DNA from: Caecitellus pseudoparvulus
Taxonomy: Eukaryota; Protista; Bigyra: Bicosoecida
Assembly: GCA_965644315.1 (NCBI GenBank)
Contig: CBFFRQ010000041.1
Coordinates: forward strand, 124,001 to 188,000
Length of the DNA stretch: 64,000 bases
Reading direction: 5' to 3'
Below the pieces are notes generated by a model. It had not been told where the DNA came from. It saw nothing but the letters and a program-made list of their open reading frames with translations, and searched no databases. Made by a program: the position numbers and the translations under genes. Of this stretch, positions 12,051 to 24,400 are shown in pieces (the first letter of the stretch is position 1; each line of letters opens with the position of its first letter).

Positions 12051-12809
12051 TCACTTGTGCTCTGTCCCACCTCCACAGTGCTCAGCACACGGTGGGATGG
12101 GGGCATCGCTGCTGCCCACTGAGGACTCACTGCTGGAGCTGGACAGCGAGCCGGCTGGGGAGGGCGGAGCATGCACGTCGCTGCCCCGAGCGTAGGTTGG
12201 TGCGCCGGGTCCTCGGTAAATTGGTGGTGGAAGCGCAGGCACATCGCCCCAAGTCAGACTCGTGTCCATGTCTGCAGCAGGTGTCTGTGCAGGGGCTGCC
12301 ACACGTGCAGGTTCGTGCTCCTGGATGGCAGCAGGGGCGTCCTGAGACACCTCCCCCCACACAGCAGGCTCGGCAAGCCCCACATCCAGATCGGCCAGCA
12401 GAGTCACGCCGTCAACAGGGAGTGCCTCGGGGAATGCCTCGCCGTGCCCCTCAGCGCTGTGTGGCGAGGGGGGGCTGTCCACGGGCGCTGGCCTGGGCAG
12501 CAGCGAAGCTGGAGTGGCCTGCACCTGCCCGCCTGCAGCGCCCCGCGCCTCCTCCTGCGTTAAGCCGTTCACGTGCTCCAGCTCCCCCAGGAAGCGCTTG
12601 AACTGCTTGCTCTCCGAGGGGCCCCTGCGCCCTGCGCGGGACGCCCCTGACGTCCCGTGGCGCAGCTTCGACACTCGGCGCTCTGCGAAAGCCACGGTGC
12701 TGCTTGTGGATGCACGGGCGGTGCGCAGTCGCGCGGCAGGACTACAAACCAACTCTAGCCTCGAACCGCTTCGATACATCTTCGTACTCGAACGTGACTG
12801 AGCTGCCAT
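12051..12809 (-). CDS. Hypothetical low-complexity protein
   Basis: Long ORF filling the gap between neighbouring genes; no recognisable domain; start uncertain. Confidence 0.4.
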   Translation of the reverse strand: MAAQSRSSTKMYRSGSRLELVCSPAARLRTARASTSSTVAFAERRVSKLRHGTSGASRAGRRGPSESKQFKRFLGELEHVNGLTQEEARGAAGGQVQATPASLLPRPAPVDSPPSPHSAEGHGEAFPEALPVDGVTLLADLDVGLAEPAVWGEVSQDAPAAIQEHEPARVAAPAQTPAADMDTSLTWGDVPALPPPIYRGPGAPTYARGSDVHAPPSPAGSLSSSSSESSVGSSDAPIPPCAEHCGGGTEHK

Positions 12810-13002
12810 CGTAGTTTCCCCACGCGTCAGAGGCGGCTGCCGCGTGCGCCGGCGTTTCGCCTGCCGTTTCGTCTGCCATCCAAGCCGCTCTTCCACCTCG
12901 CCCAGCTGTTTCTGGGTCTCGTGAGTTGGATTGGACTGGATTTGGTTTCTATTATACTTATCAAGGTAGGATTCCTCGGTTCTTTAGTGATAATTGTGGG
13001 AA

Positions 13003-15655
13003 ATGTCCAGTGCAGGGGCTCCGCAATGGTGAGCAAATGCCGCTGGCGCCGCCATCGCCCGACAGCCCAGGCAAGCCCCTGCGCCTCCTCCACAGGGCCG
13101 AGGCGCCAGTCTCCAGCCTTCGACTGGACGTGTACAAGGACGGGTCCCTCGTGGACCGCATACCGGCAGACCAGCGGCCATGGCATGTGCTGGGGCGAGA
13201 CAGTGCCCAGGCTGACATCGTGCTGGCCCACGCCAGCCTCAGCCGCGCCCACGCCGGCATCGCGCAAGACGAAACCGGCCAGCCATTCGTACGTTGCCGT
13301 CGCTGCCTGTTTCACCCTGCTGCCTCGTCGCCCTGCACCTGCGCCGCCCATGCCTGTGCACAGCTGGTGGATTTGGGCGCCGCCAACGGCACAACCCTGA
13401 ACGGGCGGACACTGGAGCAGAGCGAGCGCGTGCCGCTGCAGAACGGAGATTCGCTGGTCTTTGGGGCTTCCTCTCGCACATACATCGTGCGCCTGCGGAA
13501 AGTGGCCCCCCGTGCCCCCCAGGTGGAGCGGTACCCCGAACCAGCCCCAAGGGTGGCAGACGCAGCCGCGCCACGCAAAGCTCACACAGAGCCGGAAAAA
13601 GAGACGGCGCCCTCATCAGAGGCCAGCGGCACTGCTGCAGAGCTCGCCTCCCTCATGCCAGAGGTAGCCGCCGGCTTCGGGTTGTCTGCGGCACAGCATG
13701 CCGCCTCCGCGGCGTTTGATCAGCCACGGAAACCTGGCGCAAGCGAGGGCGGTGGCATTCGAATCGGCGCCAGCGTCGCAAAGGCGTCTCTGCAACGCGG
13801 CAGTGCCATGCCGCCCCCACCCGCCAAGCCTGCCGCTGCCCAGCCGGCAGAGCGTGGGCTGGACAGCATGCCCCCCCCTGCCAAGGCTGCTGTGGACAGC
13901 ACCCCCCTGCCAGCCTCGGCTGCTGGGGCCGGAGAGGGGGGGGAGCAGGATGCCACTGGTGACGGTGAGGAGGCGGCGGTGGAGGTGTGTCCCCATGGCT
14001 ACGAGTTCACGCTCAAGGGACAGGAGGAGGGCAAGCGCTCCGTGACCGCCCTCGCCTTCGACCCCAGCAACGGGCGGGTGGCTGCCGGGAGCACGGACAG
14101 CACCTGCGTCATGTACGATTTCGGTGGGCTGACGTCTGCAGGGCAGCCGTTCCGGTCCTGGACGCCGTGGGAGGGCCACATGGTCAAGCGCGTGGCGTGG
14201 TCCAGCTCCGGCGCCTACCTCGCCGTGGTGGCCGGCGAGAAGCGCGTGAAGGTGTTCGACAGGGAGGGTGTGGAGCAGCTCATGTGTGTGCAAGGGTACC
14301 TGAACATCCGAGACGTCGTGCGTACCAAGGGGCACATCGCCGAAGTGACGGACGTCGCGTGGCACCCCAGCGACGACGACTGGTTCGCCACGTCAGCCCT
14401 GGACGGCTCCGTGCGTCTGTGGGACGCCACAGGGAAGAAGACACTAGGGGATCTCGTCGCAGCCCACACGCTGCGAGTGCAGAACGCGCGGGGCTTGCTG
14501 GCAGAGGTGACTGCCGTGGCGTGGTGCGAGGGGCAGTTGCCAGGGGGCAAGGCGGGCGGCACCACCCTCATCGCCGGCACGTCAGAGGGAGCACTGCACC
14601 TGTGGAAGTCAGCGCAGTACTACACCCGCCCTGACCTGTCCATCCCCGCAGCACACGGGCCTGGGGAGATCTCCGCCATCGTGCCTTGCAATGGGGCTGG
14701 CATTGGCGCGCGGGGCCGCTGGTTCGCCACGCGGTCGGTGGGGGACGGCAGCATCAAGGTGTGGGACATGCGGAAGTTGAAGCGTGGGCCCATCTGGTCC
14801 GTCTCCGGCGTGGTGGGGCTGCTGCCCATGTGCAACATGGCGTGGGCCCCCGACGGCGCCCACCTCGTCGCTGGCACCTCTGTCGTGCGGGGCAAGGGCA
14901 ACGGGCAACTCCTGGTGTGGGATGTGGCCACTGCCTCGCGCCAAGCAGCCAAGGCGGCCCGTGCAGCGGCCAAGGCAGCCCGGGCAGCAGCGGCAGCAGG
15001 TGGCGAGGGTGAAGGGGATGAGGGTGCACCGGACGCCGCGGCTCCGAGTGATGGCGATGTGCCTGCGCCTGTCTGGGCGTCGCGACTGGGGCGCGATGGC
15101 TTGGTGCAGGTGCACACGGTGTGTGAGGGGAACAGTGCCGTGGTGGTGGCGTGGGGGCACGAGGTGAACCAGGTGGCGATCGGCTGTGGCGACGGCTTCA
15201 CGCGTGTGCTGTACCACCCCCAGGTCAGCGAGAAGGGCGTGCTGCTGGCGGTGGGCAAGCGCCCCAAGCGCCGGGACATCGGCCTGCCGGACTTCATGCG
15301 GCCAGTGGTGCACAACCCCCACGCCCTCAAGGCATTCCAGCAGCAGGGCGGCAGGAAGCGGGCACTACCTGCCAAGCCGTCAACGGGGGGTGCCCCAGGC
15401 AAGGGCCGTGACGGCGTCATTGACTCTGCCAACACCTTCACGCAGCACTTCATGCAGAAGCAGCTGCGTGTGAACTTGGCCCAGCAGAACCCGCAACACG
15501 AACTGACAAAGCTGGCACACGTGGCCAAGAAGGGCCGCTTTGTGGAGTACGCTTACGCTGGCAAGGTGAAGCAGCTGGCAGACGAGACGCTAGAGGCGGA
15601 GCTGGACACCATGGCGCCGTCGGCGCTGGACCTGGAGGAGCAAAGCAAACAGTAA
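13003..15655 (+). CDS. WDR70: FHA domain + WDR70/GAD-1-like WD40 repeat protein
   Basis: Introns 13029-13095 and 13289-13363 give PQWAEAP...LDVYKDG...GR...SRAHA...DLGAANGT (FHA); WDR70-type YDFGG...FRS...FDREG...RTKGH WD40 series. Confidence 0.8.
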
Positions 15656-15783
15656 TGCAAGCGTCCAGGCCGCGTTACTCGGCCCTCGTTACAATTCACG
15701 ATTTCGGAAACCCCACCAGTGTGTAGTTTACATTTGCTGGCGTTGATCCACGGGACACCCACGCACAGCACACTCGCTGCAGG

Positions 15784-16554
15784 ATGCTGGCTCGATGTGT
15801 TGCGGGGGGGCGAGCTGCAATTTCCGCAGTGGACGTCCTGCCCACGCGGTGGGCCCGTGCCACCATGAGCAGTGCAGCGACGGGCTATGCCTTCCCCCTG
15901 ACCTACGAAGCCTTCCAGCCGAACGATCACGTGTTCTTGCGCATCGAGGGTGTCTCCTACAACACGCGAGGGATTGAGCTGCTGGAAGCGATGGAGGCGA
16001 TCGGAGTGCACCTGACCCTGCAAGACCTGGCCGTGGCTGTGCAGCCACGGGACTGGCGCGTGAGCAAGTACTTGATCAAGGTCCCTCCCAGCCAGGCCAG
16101 GGCTGCCAAATCGCTGCAGCGGCAGCACCCCTTCCTGTTGAAGCTGCAAGTTGAGCAGGTGCGTCGCCTGCCCGCTCGCCAACGTCGCCTGCCTCACTCC
16201 CTGGCGTCCCCATGCACGGCGCAGAGCTCATACCAGGAGTTCATGCGGTGCCGCAGCCAGTACCCTGGTGTGGTGGGCGCACCGGCCCTCACAGTGCGGG
16301 GCCTGCCCCCTGCAGCCACCGCAGACGATGTTCTGCGAGCCTTGGACGGCGGCGTGCGACTGGCGCCCGTGCCGGAGCCAGTGACGGTGCACGCCCCCCT
16401 GGAGCGCAGTGGAGGGGGAGTGAGCATCGCCCTCATCCGATGCTGGGACGAGGGGGAAGCCAAGTGCCTGCTGACCACCAAGCAGGGCTGCATGGTGGGC
16501 GCCGGGCCGGGGTCATTTGAAGCCTGCTCAGTCGCGTTGGAGCTGGCCCCTTGA
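15784..16554 (+). CDS. Hypothetical protein with degenerate RRM-like segments, possible mitochondrial presequence
   Basis: LRIEGVSYNT and LTVRGLPPAATADDV resemble RRM beta1/alpha1; probable in-frame intron 16159-16224; Arg/Ala-rich N-terminus. Confidence 0.55.
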   Translation: MLARCVAGGRAAISAVDVLPTRWARATMSSAATGYAFPLTYEAFQPNDHVFLRIEGVSYNTRGIELLEAMEAIGVHLTLQDLAVAVQPRDWRVSKYLIKVPPSQARAAKSLQRQHPFLLKLQVEQVRRLPARQRRLPHSLASPCTAQSSYQEFMRCRSQYPGVVGAPALTVRGLPPAATADDVLRALDGGVRLAPVPEPVTVHAPLERSGGGVSIALIRCWDEGEAKCLLTTKQGCMVGAGPGSFEACSVALELAP

Positions 16555-16918
16555 TGCATGGCAGGTGAAGTTTGGTGAGCACAAGAGGGGCACTAGGGGA
16601 CAAGTATTGGTCGGGCGTTCAGCCCCCACCGGCAGCATGTGGAAGCCAGGGCGAGCCTCAGCTGCTCGAATCTTGGCGGCGTACAAAACAGTGTACAAGG
16701 CAAGCACCGAGAAGTGGAGCGCGTCCCTGCCATGCATCGTGTTCGAGCTTGCGGCTTGGCCCCCAATGCACCAGTGAATCCTGCCGCCGGGCATTTGTTG
16801 AGCTGTCTCCTTACTTTTCATCGCGCAGTGACTCTGACCACGACGCAACGCCAGCAGCAGACGCAGCGCAGCAGCTGCTGGCTCTCAAAGCCAAGTCACA
16901 GTCCGCAAACAGCTTGTC

Positions 16919-19900
16919 ATGGCAGCGTCTATTGCCGCCGCCTCGCGGAGGTGAGGAGCGCGCTGCGTTCCCAGCTTGGTGTGCGGAATTTGAGCGCCGC
17001 CCTTCACTCGCAACAGGCGGAGCCGAGCAGAAGAGCAAGAGATCCTGAGGAGAATGCGACGGGCCAAGCGCATGGGCATCACGCCGCTGGCACTGCGTTG
17101 CAAGGAGGCACGAGCGGCAGGACTGAGCGGCCAAGACGACATGCAGCGCCTGCTGCTGCAGCAATTCCAGGAGCTTGACGTGGACAGAGAGGGCCTACTG
17201 TACATGAAGACGGTCAAAAGGGTCCTGACTGACGAACTGCCCAAGGTCATTCGGCTCGATGCAGGTGAAGTTGACTTCCTCCTCCACGCCTTGGACCCAA
17301 GCATGACAGAGCACGTGGACTACAAGCAGTTGCTGCAGGTCATGCGAGACTACTTGATGTTGCCAGAGTTGGAGCTGGTGAACCCCATCTTTCGAGACCC
17401 AAAGCAAGCAATCAAGCCGGGAGACGGCAGCAATGCCGGGTCGAGAGCTGGAAGGGTGCGCTCCGCCGCGGCACGGCACGCTCGCAGTTTGTCGCGCGAG
17501 GGGCGCGTCTCGTACCAGGAGCGAAGCTCAGGCCGCCTACATGCCCCTCGGGAGCTCACGCATTCAGCGCGGCTGGAACCCCTGTCACGGCATGCGCCTC
17601 TCGTTCCCCGCGAGGCGTTCCCAGAAGTGACCACGTCAGGGCGGCGACAGGGCGGCCTGCCGCCAACTTCCCCTGTCGCAGGCATGAGCGGTGAGCTGCA
17701 CACACAGCACAGTGGGTTTTTGGAGGGCAAAGAGGGCGAAAATCTCGTGCCATTGCCAAGAACAGCGGCTTCTGACCTCGGAGGAGGCTGGCTCAGCCCC
17801 ATGCGCCGAAGCCATAGCGCCGAGGATGCGGCTCAACTCGCAGCAGAAGCATTAAGAACCGCCAATCAAGGTGTGCAGCCTCCAGGGCGCTATCAAACGT
17901 TCAATCCCTCGGCTTCCATGCCCAACATTTCACGTAGCCTGGCTGAAGACATGGCGAGCATGGCAGGCGGTCATGCCCGCCCCCTGCCGTCGGCGCCAGA
18001 TCGTGAGCGACACGTCCCTTTCTGGGGCGTGGACATGCTAGGGCAAGCACATAAAGCCGAGTTGACGAGGAAACTCACTGAGGCCGCGAGTGGGGCCGCC
18101 GCTGCTGCCACCCCATCCAGCGCCTCGGGCTCCCTCGTCCGCGCTTCTGCACAAGCCCGAAACGATTCCAGCCTCATCCTGCCCCGTCAGGCTTCGCTGG
18201 AGAGTGGCAGCAGCCTGGACGACCTGGAGGTGTCCCTGACGGGGATGTCACTCACCGCGCCTGCCAGGGCTCGGCAGCTGGGCCCGGGGCTGCAGAACGT
18301 CGCCGGGCTGGCAGGCAGCAAGGGGGTGTTGTTCGGCAAGACGAGGGCCGAGGCATTCCTGACCCACCTCCGCACGGGTGTGGACACGCTTGGCAGGAAA
18401 ATCATGAGAAACCTTAGCTCCATTTCTCATCCTGAACAGTCCCCGAGACTGCGCAGTCCTGCAGTGGAGCAGGATTCACCTGCAAGCAAATCGCCTGAAG
18501 CTCCAGCACAGAAGCTGGGTGAGGAAGCCCTGGCCATCGTGCAGCAGCACACTGCAGCGCGAGAGGCATACGCAGAGACTTCCACTGCAGTTCCAGTACG
18601 GCCACAGGCGCTGGAGGGGGCACAGCGACTGGCAGCCTTGACGCGCCGCATCGAGCGATCTGTGTGTGCGGTGGCAATGCTGGTTTGGGCAGAACACACC
18701 GAAAGCATGCGGGCACGCGAGCAGCGGGTCTTTGTCGCGAAGTTCAGAGGAGCTGAGCGCTTTGCACGGGTTCTTCGAAAGCTCTTCCTTCGCCGAGTAG
18801 GACCACCTTTCATGCTGTGGCTGCACCGTGCGAAACCCGCCATTGACTCGCTCCGGAACGCGGCAGCCTCCAGCATCCAAGCAGCAGCGCGGGGTCATTC
18901 GGTGCGCCGAAGGCTACAGCGTGAGAAGGAAGCACGGGGGGCGTCAGCTCTGCAAAGTGTCGTGCGCATGCACTTGGCGCGCAAGGACTACATTCCCCGA
19001 CGCGACGAGGAGAGAGCGCATCGTTCAGCGACCCGCATTCAAGCGGCTGTGCGAGGCCGGCAGGGGAGAGCAAACGCGCAAAGACTCGCAGTGGAGCTGG
19101 AACGTGAGAGGGCTGCGCTCTCCATTCAAGCAGTTGCCAGAGGGCGCCAAGCAAGGCGGCGGGCGAGGGTGTACCAGCGAATGGCACGGGAAGTCAAGGA
19201 AACGCAGCGCTCCATTGCAGAAGCCCGCGAGCATGCCATGCGACACAGAGACAAAGCAAAAGCAGCAAAGAAGGAGCTGGAGATGTTCATTTCTGCCTCC
19301 CGAGATCGCAGGAAAGCTGAGCTGGAGGCGAAAGCCGCCGCTGATGCCAGTCGGGCAGCAGCGAAAGCTCGCACAGGGCAAGAGTCAATCACTCGACAAG
19401 CACTGCGGCAAGCGGAACGCATCGCGAAGGAACGCCTTGCACTAGAAGAGCAGGAAGCTGAGCTTGCCAAGAAAGCGGTGCAAGCTGCAAAAGAGGCACG
19501 TGACAGCGCTGTTGCGCTGCTTGCAAGGCGCAAGCGCGCCGAGGTGCGGCACGTCGCTGCGCTGCGCATCCAAGGCCGTTGGCGGGAGCACAAGCAGCAC
19601 ACTCTGGAGCGATTAAAACTGACACTGTCTTTGGGATCCACAACAGATGCAGGACTGCAGCGCACGCTGCTAGCGCAGGCAGAGACTGATGTTGTGACCC
19701 GCAAGGCCGCCGAAAAGGTGGCCGACGCAGCCAAGGCGCTGAAACTGGCTGGTGAGGTGCTGCAAGAGCACTCTGCAGCCGACTCTGAGAGCAAAGATGA
19801 ACAGCAGCAACCATTGAGCAGGTGTCAAGTCGCCATACGAGATGAGACCGTGCGAGTGGGAGCGGGCACGGTCGAAGCGCTGTCCGCAACGCTGCGCAGT

Positions 19901-21019
19901 CTGGCCAAGGCCGTGCGCCTGGAGCGCAAGGCTGCTCAGGACCAAATTGCCCAACTGCAAGCCGCCGAGTTGCATGCGGGGCGACAGGTTGAGCAGGCCA
20001 TCGCCGAGACGCTGCGAGACCCGATCGGCATGGCAGCCAAGCTCGAAGCGGGCACAGCGGGGGAGCTGCGTGTGCGCAAGTACCAATCCGCACTTGCCCG
20101 AGAGTACAGTAAGCGACGACGCAGGGCCAAGAGGTTCGGAAAACGGCAGCTTAGATGGCGCCGCCAGACTGAGCCGTGGGACTATGGCTTTGTGGCAGCG
20201 CGAGGCACGAACGTGCCCCCACAGCGCAAGTGGGTTAAGTTCTACGAGCCTGCAGCCGACGCCCTGTACTACGTTTCCACCACAACTCTTGAAAGACGGT
20301 GGATCCGCCCCACACAAGCCGAGGGGTACGAGACATCAGATAGCGAGGCGAGTGACGACGAAGTCGGACAGGCGCCATGGGCTGCAGGCATTTCTAAACG
20401 CCCAGGCGAAGCCTTCGCAGGGGAGGGCTTCGTCAAGACGATGGACCCGGCGGTCGTCGCAGCGCAGAATGCCCGGTGGAAAGCCTATGCCTGTGCAGAG
20501 TGTGCTGCGGCAAGGTCCACCCGGCGATGCGACGTGTGTGCCGAAGCATACTGCGACCGCTGCTTTGCTCTGCTGCACAAGCGGGGCAAGCGCACCATGC
20601 ACACGTGGAAGGCAGTCAGACCGTGGAATCCAGTTGAGCAACCAGGGAACCTGCTCCGTAAGGACGCATGCAGCGAGTGCCGCGTCGCCCCTGGCACGCG
20701 GAGATGTGTGCAGTGCAACGACGAGTTCTGTGGCACGTGCTTCGAGCTGACCCACCGATCAGACGCCTTGAAGTCGAAACATGCATGGGTGGAGACAGAG
20801 GCCGGCAAGCAGCAGACCCTCGCGTCTGAACGTAAGGGCCTTGGAGGGGTGGAACTATCAGTCGCACCGTCGCCTGCTGAGGTCGCTGAAGAGGATGTGC
20901 AGGAAGATGAAGGGTACTACGACGAGCATGGCGGGTACGTTGATGTTGATGGTGGGTACACGGATGCGGAGGGAGGATACACTGATGCGGCGGGGACGTA
21001 CTATCCTCCAGAGGCCTGA
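16919..21019 (+). CDS. Large protein with EF-hand pair, multiple IQ motifs, coiled coil, WW-like domain and two B-box zinc fingers
   Basis: Intron 16951-17016; FQELDVDREG/LDPSMTEHVDY; repeated IQxxxRG motifs; WVKFYEP...LYYVSTTTLERRWIRP; two CxxC...CxxC...CxxC...H...H units; GGYxDxxG acidic tail. Confidence 0.8.
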
Positions 21020-21495
21020 ATTGGAGAGAATATGCTTCGGTAGAGATTGGATTGATTGTGCCGGATCATTGCGTGCCAGATTCTACGCTTGTGGGCGGAG
21101 CCACATGACGCTATAGAGTGTGTGGAATGTTGGACGCTTGCATTCTTGATGCAGTTCTACGCAGGTGTGTCAACCCACAGGGGCTGATCGGACTCTATCG
21201 CTGGGTATGGACGGGACTGGCTGTGCGAACCACTATGGCGAATGCTGGCCAGGAGCTCATGCATCTGTGAAGCAACAGGAAGCTCTCCATCATTGAGACA
21301 ACGCGTTGTACAATCCGACCTGCTGCAGCGTTGCTGTCAGTTGGGGGTGTGTCGTGGCGATGAGCACTGCTGCCCACCCTTTCACTGAACGTCAAGCAAC
21401 TCAAAAATGAACATTCGTCCGCTTCGATCCGGAGACTGAGGAGTTCCTTCGTAATTCACAGAATAATTTCGGATTTGACACTGCATCCCGAGCCT

Positions 21496-24400
21496 TCAAA
21501 TGAAGTCTTTCAAACTCGAAAACCTGGCAGCTTCCTGCCGCACACTGTCTGAAATTCTGCGATCACCAGCCAGGCTCAACAACTCATACATGGTGTCTGT
21601 GTGGCCATTGCGGCATGCCCGTCGGAAGGCGGCCTCAGGTCCATCCCTGTTCGCCGCGTGCACATCCACTGCCCGCGCCCCAGTCAGGCCCAACAGCTCA
21701 CGCACGATGTCGAGGTGGCCATTCTCGCATGCCAATCGGAAGGCCGCCTCAGGTCCATCCCTGTTCGCCGCGTGCACATCCACTTCCCGCGGCCCAGTGA
21801 GGCTCAACAGCTCACGCACGATGTCTGTGTGACCAAGGCGGCATGCCCATCGGAAGGCGGCCTCAGGCCCGTCCTCATTCGCCACATGTACATCCACCTC
21901 CCGCGCACCTGTCAGGCCCAACAGCTCACGCACGATGCCTGTGTGTCCGCCGGCGCATGCATCTCGGAAGGCGGCCTCAGGTCCATCCCTGTTCGCCGCG
22001 TGCACGTCCACCTCTCGCGCACCTGTGAGACCCAGCAGCTCACGCACGATATCTGCGTCGTTCCAGCGGCATGCCTGTCGGAAGGCGGCCTCAGGTCCAT
22101 CCCTGTTCGCCGCATGCACATCCACCTCCCGCGGCCCAGTCAGGCCCAACAGCTCACGCACGATATCTGCGTGGTTCCAGCGGCATGCCTCTCGGAAGGC
22201 GGCCTCAGGTCCATCCTTGTCAGCCACATGTACATCCACCTCCCGCGCCCCAGTCAGGCCCAACAGCTCACGCACGATGTCTGTGCGGCCCCGCTTGCAT
22301 GCCTGTCGGAAGGCGGCCTCAGGTCCATCCTTGTCAGCCACATGTACATCCACTGCCCGCGCCCCAGTCAGGCTCAACAGCTCACGCACGATGTCGAGGT
22401 GGCCATAGTAGCATGCCTCTCGGAAGGCGGCCTCAGGCCCGTCCTCATCCGCCACATGTACATCCACCTCCCGCGCACCAGTCAGGCCCAACAGCTCACG
22501 CACGATGTCTGTGTGGCCATGGAAGCATGCCCGTCGGAAGGCGGCCTCAGGTCCATCCTTGTCACCCACATGTACATCCACCTCCCGCGCACCAGTCAGG
22601 CCCAACAGCTCACGCACGATGTCTGTGTGGCCATTGGCACATGTGTACCGGAAAGCAGCCTCAGGCCCACGACCATCCGCCGCGTGCACGTCTACCTCCC
22701 GCGCACCAGTGAGGCCCAGCAGCTCACGCACGATGTCTGTGTGGCCCCGCTCGCATGCGTCTCGGAAGGCGGCCTCAGGTCCATCCTCATCCGCCGCGTG
22801 CACATCCACCTCCCGCGCACCAGTCAGGCCCAACAGCTCACGCACGATGTCGAGGTGGCGATTGCGGCATGCGTCTCGGAAGGCGGCCTCAGGTCCATCC
22901 TCATCCGCCACATGTACATCCACCTCCCGCGCACCTGTCAGGCCCAACAGCTCACGCACGATGTCTGTGTGGCCATGGAAGCATGCCCGTCGGAAGGCGG
23001 CCTCAGGTCCATCCTTGTCACCCACATGTACATCCACCTCCCGCGCACCAGTCAGGCCCAACAGCTCACGCACGATGTCGAGGTGGCGATTGCGGCATGC
23101 CCGTCGGAAGGCGGCCTCAGGTCCATCCTTGTCACCCACATGTACATCCACCTCCCGCGCACCAGTCAGGCCCAACAGCTCACGCACGATGTCGAGGTGG
23201 CGGTTGCGGCATGCGTCTCGGAAGGCGGCCTCAGGTCCTTCATCATCCGCTGCATGCACATCCACCTCTCGCGCCCCAGTCAGGCCCAACAGCTCACGCA
23301 CGATGTCGCTGCGACCCCAGCGGCATGCGTCTCGAAAGGCGGCCTCGGGTCCATGCCTATCCGCCGCGTGCACATCCACCTCTCGCGCCCCAGTCAGGCC
23401 CAGCAGCTCACGTACGGTGTGTGTGTGGCCATTGCGGCATGCCCATCGGAAGGCGGCCTCAGGTCCATCCTTGTCACCCACATGTACATCCACCTCCCGC
23501 GCACCAGTCAGGCCCAACAGCTCACGCACGATGTCTGTGTGGCCATTGGCACATGTGTACCGGAAAGCAGCCTCAGGCCCACGACCATCCGCCGCGTGCA
23601 CGTCTACCTCCCGCGCACCCGTAAGACACAGCAGCACACGCACGACCTCTGAGTGGCCATAGTTGCATGCCCATCTGAAGGCAGCCTCAGGCCCACGACC
23701 ATCCGTCGCATGCACATCGACTTCCCGAGCCCCAGTGAGACACAGCAGCTCACGCACGATGTCTGTGCGACCATTGCGGCATGCGTATCGGAAGGCGGCC
23801 TCAGGTCCATCCTCATCGGCCGCGTGCACGTCCACCTCCCGCGCCCCAGTGAGCCTCAATAGCTCACGCACGATGTCTGTGTGGCCATTGCGGCATGCCC
23901 ATCGGAAGGCGGCCTCAGGTCCAGCCCGATCCGCCGCATGCACATCCACTGCCTTATCCCCCGTCAATGAAAGCAGCTCACGCACCCTCGCAAGTCTGCC
24001 TTCCTTGCACGCTTCCACAAACGCAGCGGTGTTCTCCTCACTGAACCTCACTTTCTCCGGGGCGTGCACTGCCTGCGCCTGCCCTACCGAAGCACCTGCC
24101 TGCTCCCCATCAAGCACACTCCGCACTGCACTGTTCACACCTGACAAACGACCCACCTCACCTGTACTTCTCCCACACGCCATCGCATATGCACCCATGC
24201 AACAACCACTCCCTCCCCGCGCCAACACCTCCAACGCGCTCGACAGTGCATGCTCACCACCTTCACCGCTCCCCACGAAGCTTGACCCAACGCCCGAACT
24301 GCCCCCCAACGCACCACTCCCCACGCCAAGCACCTCACGCAGCACACCCAACACACCACCACTATCACCGCTGCCGCCATCAGCGCGACCTGTGCCCCAC

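Noticed and set aside
21500-23862. Long plus-strand ORFs antisense to the ANK repeats (683, 385 and 289 aa)
   Set aside because: A stop-free repeat unit propagates open frames automatically; the translations look like shadows of the real gene.
21560-24027. 114-bp periodic array as a CRISPR array or satellite
   Set aside because: The unit is a multiple of 3, fully in frame and encodes ankyrin-type repeats; there are no unique spacers and no cas genes; the context is eukaryotic.
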